64,000 nucleotides of DNA from assembly GCA_016748015.1 (NCBI GenBank), contig JAAOMT010000135.1, forward strand, positions 186,001 through 250,000, written 5' to 3'. The notes beneath the pieces were generated by a model, which saw only the letters and a program-made list of their open reading frames with translations, was not told the DNA's origin and ran no database searches. Source of the DNA: Geosiphon pyriformis uo1. Its lineage: Eukaryota > Fungi > Glomeromycota. The translations under genes and the position numbers were made by a program. Below are positions 49,815-61,000 of this stretch, in pieces (within the stretch, counting starts at the first letter, position 1; each line of letters opens with the position of its first letter).

Positions 49815-51065
49815 ATTCTTCTTCAAGTACTGTGGTATTATGTTTTGACAGCCAGACTGCTATTGACACATGTGTATCTAAGATGTCTTTGGTTACCCCT
49901 GATTTCTGTAATCAATACTGGCTGGAGAGGCATTATATTTTCAATTTGGTCAGGGATAAAGATCTTAGTGTGAGTTGGGTTAAGGTAAAAGACCACTCTG
50001 GGATTTCTGGTAATGTGGAAGCTGACTTGGCTGCTGGGGCTGCCTCTGGATCTCTCTTTTCCCTTTGTGCCAATGTGTGTGAATATTTTTTGGTTGCTGA
50101 GGGTGTCGCTGTTTCTGGTAATGCCTGTCATTTTGTCAGGAATATTTTTTGGTCTGTTTGTTGTGCTTGTTGGGAAGCTGGGCCTGGTTGTGACGTGGTT
50201 CCGGAAGTGATGATTGGTTGCATAGACTGGGTTGTCACAGCAAAGGTGTAGCATCTTGATTCTCATATGCTCACTGAGTTCACTAGCCGGGTATCCTCAA
50301 CGCTTTGCACTTATATTATGAAAGCTGTGCACAGAAGATTGCCAGTGGTGATAAGGAAAAGATTGTATGATAAGCGCTACCCTAATGTATTATGTTTGTT
50401 TTGCGGTGGAATGGAGTTCTCTGACCACGCTTTTACTTGTGTTCATGAGTCTGGTGTTTGTGGTAAGATTTTGGCTGAGACTTCTGTCTGTTGGTCAGCT
50501 TTGGCTGGTGGTTCCCCTGTTTTTGCCGTGTTGCGAGTTTTGTCTCAATGTTTCTTTGATGTTGGGTTGTATACTTTGGTTTGCAAAGGGTTTGTGCTGG
50601 GGGAGTGGTATGAAGAAGCTTGCAGTATTTTTGAGGATAGGAAGGTGGCAGCTACTCAGATTGTTGATTATGTCAGGTTCGTGGTTAAGTTACATCGTGC
50701 TAAAGCATGGTTGGCTAGGGCCAGCCACTGGGTGGTGATGGAAAAGGCTGGTCTGGTTTGTGATGATGGTGTTGTTTCTGGGCTCTCTCGTGGTGTGTCT
50801 TCAGTTTTGTCTGATGGTGTTGTAAGATTGCTTGGTGTGGCCAATTCTTTTGCTGTTAGCTTTGGTCATCGGAAGCCTTATTGTTTCTTTTCTGGTTTAG
50901 GTGGCAGTGTGTGGGTTATTATAGGTGTGTAGTATTGCCTTGTCTGGCCTGAGTGATTAGCCACATGTAGAAAGTGCATGAGTCGCGTTTAGTTTGAGCC
51001 TCTTAGTTTGGTTCTATGTACTAAATAGCGATTGGGCTACACTCATTAAATGTGTTAAATAAATA
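49815..51065 (+). mobile_element. LINE family A 3' fragment, least decayed copy (RNase H end, zf, 3' UTR)
   Basis: FDSQTAID..WVKVKDHSGISGNVEADLAA; CLFCGGMEFSDHAFTC; 3' UTR 50933-51060. Confidence 0.9.
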
Positions 51066-51719
51066 AAAATTATATTAAATTTGTTATAAATATATTAATT
51101 ATCATGTTTATTTTTAATTTGGTTATAAACAATAATAATAATATATTTATTAAGATCAGTTTTAATTAACATATAATTAGATTACTTAATATATTGAATT
51201 TTAATTAATTTTTTTAAAAACAAAACAAATTATATTGTATATATTTTAATTAATTAATCTATTAATTTATTTAATTTTAAGAATTAAACTAATTAAAACA
51301 CTTTTTATTTTATTTTTAAAATTGTTATAATTAATAGTATTTAAAAAATTATTATAAATGATTAAAAATTTTTTAAATAAATATTTAATAAAACTATAAA
51401 AATCAAACTAATTTATATTAAAACTGTTTTTTGATTTTTACATAGTTTTTTTGGTTTAAAATTAATTATTAAAAACAATAATAGACTTTTTTGTACAAAT
51501 TTTATAAATTAAGTTTATTAAATTAAATTTTTTTATTTTTAAAATTAAAAAGTTTTCTTAAATATTTTTTTTAACACAGTTTAAGGCCAAATTAATCAAA
51601 TTTTTTTTGGTATTATAGTTTAAAAATTTAATAAAAATAATAAATAATATAATTTATTTAATCATAAAATAACACAATAATAATATTAAAATAATAATAA
51701 TTTTTTTTATTTTTTTATT

Positions 51720-54140
51720 TTATAAGTGCAATCTAATTACTACTTAAAACATTACAATCAAATAAAATTTTAAATTAAGTATGACTCATGCTCTTTTTAT
51801 ATATAATTAACTACTTGAATCAACTAAAACAATACTATATATTTATATTATTAACAGCTATAAAACTACTAAAAAAACCAAATGACATTAAAAACAAAAT
51901 ATGTTTCAACTAAAAACCTATATAAATATTTAACTTTAAACCAAATTTACAGACCATAACCAAAAGTCATATTAATAACAAATTAAAAATCCAAAAAACT
52001 TTTAAGCTATCTGTTGGAATTAGACCAAATTTTTTATAATAAACTTATAGTTTAATATTAGATGGTTATATATTAGATTAATAATTTTTAACAAAACTAT
52101 GCACAAAATTAACTACCTTCTAAACTGTATTTAATTATAACTTAATTATTAATACAGTTTTCAATAGTTAATTCATAAAAACAAAATTTTTGGTCAATAT
52201 TATGTATAGTTTATTATACAACTTAATTTTAACAAAATATTTGGCCACTATAAAAGCATTAACAAGAATTTTTAATAATTTAGTCTATTTAAAAATAGTA
52301 TTTAAGATAATTTTTTTCCTTATACTAAAATCTAATATATACAAAAATATATAATTAGAGTTTTTTAACAGATTATAACAAATATAATTTATATTTAGAT
52401 ATTTTGAGTTATATAACTTCTTTATCATAACAACTAGTAAATAATAATATAAGATTTTTATAAAATAAGACTATAATATAGCAAATAATACACTAGTAAA
52501 ACCAAATTACATATGACTATCAAAATACCAAACATTAAAAGTTTTATACATATTAAATTTGTCATATAATATATTTGGTTTTTTAATTTACATATATAAT
52601 AGACTTAAATAAATTCTTAACAAAATAACAAGCATTTTTAAAAATTAGTCTGCTTTCAACATTAAAAATTTGTAATTCATATTTAAGAACAAAACAAAAA
52701 AAACTAAGTAGTCATATTTACAAAAAAATTAGCTCTTTTATTGCTTATATTTTCTAAATAACTCTTAATTTTTTTATATGTTATCAATAAATTTTTCAAT
52801 ACAACAATTTTACAAATACATTTTTACTTAATCTAACACCTATTTTAAAAGTTAAAGTTAATACAATTTGTAATTAATCTGTATATATTCAAAGATGCTT
52901 AATTGTTTATAAACAAAGTAATCAAGCTAAAAACTAAAACACACTTAAAAACAAAAATTATGGTCTGTAATTTAGCTAGAATTGAAGACAGCAAATTCAA
53001 AACTTTGACATTAATATTCAAATTAACTTCAGAAAAGTATGCAATAATACCACTACAAGCTTCCACAAATTTAAAATACTTAACTAAACTATTATTATAC
53101 ATACTTATTTAACTTAATTTAACACTTAATAAATAGTTTTTAATAAATTTAAAATTATAAAAAACTGTTATTAAATAAAACCAAATGGTCAAAATGCATC
53201 TATTAACTAGACTACTATCTGTAATAAACTTAATTAAAAACCTAAACCAAGCTAGAACTAGACTTCTAAAACTGAGTTTTTTATCTATAAAACATGTTTT
53301 AAGTTATGTATTTGTTATAATAATCTAAAAACTGATTAACAAACAAAATTTTAAATCTTTTCAATAATATGACCATATTTGTATAAATCTTCAGATCCAG
53401 TATATTAATAACAAAAACACTATTTTCAAATCTAAACATATTAAACAGCTTACTTTTTAAGAACAATTTACACAATAATAACATACTTATAATACCAACC
53501 AAAAAATTGTTTATAAAATTAATCTGCAATCTAATTAGAAATTAGAGAAAATGCTAAGGTATTTAATTAATTATCTGCAAATTAATTGTCCTGTGCAAAA
53601 AAAATCATCTAAAATGCTTTTGGCATTAACAAAATTGATAAAATCAGCAACTAAATTTTCGGATTGTATCTGCTTAAATAATTTTAGATTATATAAAGCC
53701 AAATGTAAAATAGCCTTAATAGAAAAATTTCTCAACAAGTTAGCTTTTGACTTAAGTTTTTTTTTAATAATCTATCTTATTTATTACATACACTCTTGAA
53801 GATATAACTAAACTGTGTTCTATAATTAATAATAAGCTGCAATATAACAGAAACCAAATATAAAAATAGTTTTCTTCAAAATCACATTTAAAAAAAACCT
53901 AACATCAAAATAAGTTTTAACCAAATTTGATTTAAATAAGCCATTAGTTAACAAAAAGATACTCAAATATTTATAAGATTTTTTTTTGGTTATTAAAATC
54001 TCTAAACCACTAATATATAGTAAATTTATTTTTTATTTTTTAATTAATAAGAATAACAACTGTCTTGTTAATGTTAATTAAAATATTGTTAATAAAAAAA
54101 ACTTGCTTGTAATATTCAAAATATATTGAGTTATTGTTAT
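51720..54140 (-). mobile_element. Heavily decayed LINE family A 3' half
   Basis: Collinear with 10209-12680 (52899-53102 RNase H remnant; 54121 atatattgagt matches 12668). Confidence 0.75.
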
Positions 54141-54810
54141 TATTACTAAAAAAAATTTTTGTTTCTTTTTCTAAATGTTGTTAATATTATTTTGCTGTAA
54201 ATTTGCTATTATTGAAATTTGTTAAATCTCTAATAACTGAATTTATCTTTAAATTATATCTAATAATTTAAACTGCTGGGCTTATAAATAAAATAACCAA
54301 TTTTGTACTAGTTATTTATATAGTTACTTTGCAGTAAAAGTCAATTTTTTCTTAGAAATTGTTTATCTAAAAGCTTATTAAAAATGTGTTGTTATTTTGC
54401 TATAAAAGTCAACTTTTTTACAAGAATTTTATTTATAAACTATTCTAATATATATAATAAAACGTAAAAAAAATAAAAAAAATGTAAAAAAAAGAAATTT
54501 TGTTACAAAAATTATTTTTTGTTTAGGTTTGAAGTCATTAATAAATTACTAAAATTGGTAGTTAATCAATTTTAAAACATTAGTTAGGATTTAAAAAATT
54601 TTAAGTGTAATTATTTTAGAAATTTGGAATTTCAAATTATTTAATGTTTATTTTTTTTTGTAAAAATATGTTTAAGAATAATTGATTTAAACTAAGCTTA
54701 ATAATTTTAAAATAAAATAAAATACATTTTTTTAAAAAGAAAAACTTTTTTTTTATATAATTTATTGTAATATTATTTTATAAACTTAAACTTTTTTTTT
54801 GTTATAATTT
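54141..54810 (-). repeat. Decayed partial LTR of family E3
   Basis: Reverse complement of ~55390-56066 (aactgctgggcttataa; taataactgaatttatct). Confidence 0.75.
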
Positions 54811-54819
54811 TAAAAAATT

Positions 54820-55043
54820 TCTTTCTCTCCTTCGTCCAAAATTTCCAAAAAAGAGTATCATAAGTTTTTTTGAAAGAAGTTTTTAACCATTCAGTATGAC
54901 AAATCCAAACTGTTTTTTGATTTCGAGGCTACCGTCAGCCCTATTATTGCTGTCATGAAGGAGGTTGCAAAAAATTCTGGTGCTAATAGTGGTTTTAGAC
55001 CTGTTCTGTCGAGAAAAAAAAGGAAGAGTGGAGTTTTGGCTGA
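54820..55043 (+). mobile_element. 5' end and ORF1 start of a LINE-A copy, interrupted by E3
   Basis: ATG 54896 MTNPNCFFDFEATVSPIIAVMKEVAKNSG..LSRKKRK is homologous to 9649-9831. Confidence 0.65.
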
Positions 55044-58000
55044 TGTTACCAGTAGAATTTTAGCTATTAATTAGCAAGAAAAATACTCTTATAATTCCTA
55101 TAATTAATTAGTATATTAATATTATTTCAAATTATCATTTATTATCACATATCACGATTCAATTAAATAATCCAATTAGTATAACAGAAAGTAGGATGAT
55201 CAAATTACACAATACCCTGAACTTTGTAACATTCTAAAATTCACTGAAATTTACAGATATTCACCAAAATTTATAAGAAATTTGCCAAAATTTATAGAAA
55301 TTCACCGAAATTATGAATAGTTCACCCAAATTAATCAATAGTTTAGCGAAATAACTTGTAGTTCATCAAAATGTATCTTTAGTTTGCTGAAATTTGAGCA
55401 AAAAGAAAAAGTGCAAGTTCATAGACTAGTACTACAACAAGTTGTATAAAAAAAGAGCTTTTTTTTTCAAGAAAATGTATCTTTTCATAGTATTTTACCA
55501 TAGTAACTTACTTCAAATATCTTAATTAGAACAAATTACCTTTTACAAAATCAAATAAAAATTAAAATATTCAAAAACCAAATCCTTAAAATTATTACAC
55601 TTGAAATTCCCTCAACACAACTAACATTTTGAAATTGATTAGCTACCAATTTCAGTAATCTGTTAGTGACTCCAGGCCTAGATAGAAAACATTTCCCTTG
55701 ATAAAATCTTATTTTTTTTACATTTTTTTTCTTTTTTTTTTCTTTTCTTATTACAATCATTAAGGTAGCCTACAGACAAGATTTCTGTAGAAGAGTTGAC
55801 TTTCACAGCAAAGTAACTACACATTTTTAGTGAGCTTCCAGACAAGCAATTCCTGGAAAAGAGTTGACATTTACTACAATGTAACTACATAAAGTAACTG
55901 GCACAAAATTGGCCATTCCACTTATAAGCCCAGCAGTTCAAATTATAGAAGATAATTTGAAGATAAATTCAGTTATTAGAGGTTCAACTACTTTTAGAAA
56001 ACGTAAATTTGCAACCAACAGACAGTTACAACATTCAAGAAAAGAAACCAAAAACCTCCAATAACATTTAATGTTCTTCTACGGAAATAACACAGCAACA
56101 ACAAATTCAAAGTGGCAATCACACCAGACACAGCAACTCTAGAGTATTACCAATCAATCTACACTCACTGCAAGCAAAGATTCAACATTCCAGACGGAAT
56201 TGAAGTTGTCAAGAAACAGTATACCAATATATTGAAAACTGCATCAACAATTATCTTTTTGGAAACTACAACATTTCAGAAGTCAGAAGCAATCTTTACA
56301 ATAATTTAGTGCACTATTCACGATTAGAAACAGAAGACCTGAACAGTGAAACACTTGCTACCTACTTCCAAGAACTTAATTTTAACATTATTGAGTATTG
56401 TGAAGAAAAATACCCAGTACAGTCTCAATACTCTATTGACTTTAAATTAGAGATGAAAACAAGCAACAAAGGCAAACAAAGATTGAAACAATACTCAAGA
56501 ACCACTCCAAACACTTCAACACTACAAAAGACAACTGCCAAACACTTGCAAACACCTGAACAAGAAACCAGTGTCAAATTACCACTTTCTATTACATCAT
56601 TTCCAATTTTACTTGTTCAATCACAAACACCAAATTTACCACTCAACTGTTTCTCCAGACCAGAAGATTTTCAGTCACCTAGAAACCCTATTTAACAGCA
56701 AGAACCAATATTAACAAGTGCCAATATCATTGATTACTTACAGGAAAACGAAAGTAATCATTCAGAAAGCTTGGAAAGTGAAGAAACTGAATCAGAACCA
56801 GAAGAAATTACAGAAAACAAAGAAGAAATGGCAACTGCTTACATTGCAAAAATCCCAGAATTCACTGGTAAAGACAATAATACCAGTCTTCAAGAATGGC
56901 TTGACAAAGTTTAAAAAGTAGAAGATGCAAATGGTTGGATCACAGCAAGAATGCTCAAAGCAATTCTCTACTTTCTCTAAGGAACAGCAGGAGAATGGTT
57001 TGAAAATTTAGAAGAACTATTTGAAAACTGGCAAGCATTTAAAGATGCTTTTCTACAACAATTTACTGACAACAATACCTCTATTACTCTCAGAAACTGC
57101 TTTCACAATATCAAACAAGAAACATCTGAAACTGTTATGACCTATCTTGGAAGATTTAACAAACTTCTCAGACAAATCCGACAATTGGAAACCAATGACT
57201 ACTATTCTGATGCTCAAATTTTGATCAGTTTATAGCAGGGTTAAAAGACAAACTGATTAAGAAAGTCCATCCACATGCTTCAGCAGACTTAGCAACTGCT
57301 ATTAGACATGCAAAGAGCTATAAAATAGCAATGAAAAAAGCAAATCACACCAAGCTTGTAAATCTTGCAATTGGAGAAACCAGCTCAGCAGCTGAAGAGA
57401 AAATAGACCAACTCACAAAAAAAGTTGAAAGCTACTTTACAAACCAACAACAACAGCAATAACAGCAACAACAACCACAAAGATATCAACCCTCACAATG
57501 ATGCAACCAAAACAATTTTGGATCACCATCCAACAACCAACCTCAAAATTGTCATTATTGTGGAATTCCAGGACACTGAAAACGAGACTGTAGGAAATTA
57601 CAAAGAGACCAACAAAACAGAAGTAATCAATGTTATTCTTCACTACAACAATTTTATTACCAATCTCTACCACCAACTTATTATTTACCAAGACCCCAAA
57701 ATCAAAACAGTTACTATCTATCAGCTCCACAACCAATGTAGCAACAATATCAGCAACCTTTACCAATTCAGTCATATCAGACACCATTCACTCAACAATA
57801 TCAAGTACTAGCAAGAAGATTGGTTCAACATAACCAATTTACACCCCAAAATCAATTGCAGAGTAACAACAACAGAATCAATCCAAATAACCAGTTGGTT
57901 CCCCGAAATTCTGGTTAGCAAAGACCCAATCACTATCACACTCAACCCAGTTATCTTACAATACCAGAGGAATCGGATTTTCAACAAACTGCAGGTGTAA

Positions 58001-61000
58001 TTGCAGCACCAAAATCAAACCCTTCCAACCACACTATTCTATTAGCTCAAATTGCCCAAAATGCCAATCTGTCAGATATATTTCCATTTGAATTTGAAGC
58101 AAATAAATTACCATTTCTGCTTAGTAATGCAGCAGTCAATGAACAGAAAACAATTACTGTTATGTACACAGAAGCTACAATGGAAGGAAAACCCATTTGC
58201 TTAATCTTAGATAGTGGATCGGCTGGAAGTATCATCACTTACCAGCTGATACAACAACTTAAACAAAATGTAGACAGATCAGCTCAAACAGTTATTGTCA
58301 CAGCTGATGATATGAAGAAGACTCCAATAGGAGAAATTGATAATTTCTCCTTTACAATTGATAGAATTACCATTCCAGTTAAAGTTCTTATTATGGATGC
58401 ACTCCAATACTAAGCTCTAGTCAGAAATGATTGGCTTCTCAAGGCCAATGCAAACTTGAACTGAAAAACTCAAGAACTTAAAATCTCATACCAAAGACAA
58501 TATACCATAGTACCTGCAACCTGTAGTACCTTTAACAAACGATCAGAAAAAGCTCCAGTATTTGAATTTAAAGAAGAAAAGGAAATGCCACTTACTGAAA
58601 CCTACATGGCTCTTGGATTACCATCCAATTGGGCTGAGGAAACAGAACAAGAGATTTTTGAAGAATCAAGGAATAGAAAAAAGTTAGATATTCCATACCA
58701 GAACCACAAAAAGAACCACCATACATTCCACTAAAATGCAAAGATTGCAAAAAGAAGTTTTTATCTATGGGAGCCTGTATTTCCTCAGAAGAGGAATATG
58801 AAACTCGTACTTGTTACTTCTGCAAGACATGCCATAAAGAACAATTTGGATCTCCAAAGAGAAGTGGAAAATAGGACAAAACTTTTTGCCTTACTTGTGG
58901 AGAAATGTTACCAGAAGAATGCAATTGGATTGATGTAGCAATGAAAGGAGAAGTATGTGATCAAACTTGTCAATATGCTCTATCAATTTCGGAAAAAGTC
59001 AGAAGAGGAACACCATTTAATGCAGCATACAACAGTGCTTTCAATAAACTTTACCACTACTCTTATGATGCTGAAATAATTTTTGATCCTAGCAATGGCA
59101 TTGATTAATAGAGCCACCCAAAAAGATGTCCACCAAATGAAAGAAGCTGAATATATTGAGTATACCATGGAATTAACTGGATTTGATTATGAAGATGAAG
59201 TAGAAACCTACTACCAAATTGCAAGCCACACATATCTGACCAAAAAAGCTCAAATTTAATGATTAAAGCAAATAAACATTCAATTGTGTGAAGAATGTGT
59301 TATGCCTTGTAATAACCAATGGTGTTTAGAATATTATGCTCTTAGCATTCCTTTGCCAGATGAAAATAATGAAAATGAAATCGAATTTGGAGTATCTGAA
59401 CTAGTAGAAGAACTACCAACCACTCCCATCTATCTTCTTGAAAAGCAATCACCTCTACAACTTAAATATTTTGACAACCATGGCCAAGGAATCAGACCAG
59501 AAAAAGCACACGAAATTGATGCTGGATATGACCTAAGATATCCAGGAAAAGATATTTTGGTTCTCCAACCAAAGTTCTTGACAAAAATTAATCTCAAAAT
59601 TGCTCTTGAAATTCCACCAAGAGCAATGGTTTAAATTGCTTCCAGATCATCATTGGCAAGCAAAGGAATCAATATTAGAAGAGGAGTTATAGATGCAGAA
59701 TATACTGGAGACATTACCATCATGTTACAGAATGAGACAGACAAACCATTCAAAATTGAACATGCTGAAAAAATTGCTCAAGCAATTTACTTACCCTTAA
59801 TCAACATTTCGGATTTACAATCAGTAAACAACAGAGAACAATTGGGAAAAAGTAAAAGAGGAACTCAAGGTTTTGGTTCAATTGAACGATTTACAGTTCC
59901 AGTAAACATAGCTCTTAATACACAAAATAAATCTTACCAGATTCTTCAACTTCCCTAGCCAATTACCATTTCACCTTTTGGAGAACATCATGAAATTTAC
60001 ACTTGCTCAAAACCCACCACTACACAACAAATCTTTGAATCCAATGAACAAATTTGTCTGAAACATGAAATCTCAATTCCAAATGTTTATATTTCCAAAG
60101 GAATGAAAAAATTTTGAGTTATATTCTACAACCCCAATAATTATCCTATTGTTTTATTAAACAAACTAGAGATTGAAATCATACACAGCAATATTTTTCA
60201 AGATGAAAACCCTCAAATTGTCTCTAATTTCATTGAAATTGTAAGGCACACTCTACTCCTAAATCCAAATATCATTCCCACTACTGAAAACTACCACTTT
60301 TTGAAAGAAAAACTCTCTCGAATCAACATGGGTCCCTTAGAACCTCAACAACAAAGACAATTGAAACAATTGATAGCTGAATTTGCAGATATATTTGCAA
60401 AAGACAACAATGATCTGGAAATAATGGATATGGTTCAACATCAGATCCATATAGGAGATGCTCCACCAAAACATTAGCAAGCTTACAGAGTGCCATCTGC
60501 CAGCCACTAATTCATTAAAGAAAAAGTCCAGAGAATGCTTAATAACGGATTGATTCAACCATCAAGAAGTTCTTGGGCCTCACCAGTAGTTTTAGTTAAA
60601 AAAAAAACGGAAAAATCAGATTTTGTGTTGATTATAGACAACTGAATAGTATTACAATTGGAGATGCCTACCCTCTTCAAGAATTAATAACATGCTAGAT
60701 GCTCTAGAAAAAGCCAAGTTCTTTTCAACTTTAGATCTGAAAAGTGGATACTGGCAAGTCGAAATGGACCCAAAAAATAGACCCAAAACAGCATTCACCA
60801 CTCAAGGAGAAAATTATGAGTTCAATGTTATGCCTTTTGGACTCTGTAATGCACCAGCAACATTTTAGCGACTCATGGATGTTGTATATGAAGGGCTTTT
60901 GTGGCAATTAGTAATTGTCTATCTTGATGATACTAATGTATACTCACCAAGCTTTAAAGCCCACCTCATTCACCTGCGAGAAGTTTTTCAATGATTACAG

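Noticed and set aside
50948-50975. Hammerhead ribozyme core (ctgagtga...gaaa) in the LINE 3' UTR
   Set aside because: Does not fit CUGANGA spacing, and the GAAA sits in a hairpin loop
57425-57833. Overlapping N/Q-rich ORFs and antisense ORFs over gag/pol
   Set aside because: Alternate frames of the low-complexity Gln-rich gag region; not independent genes
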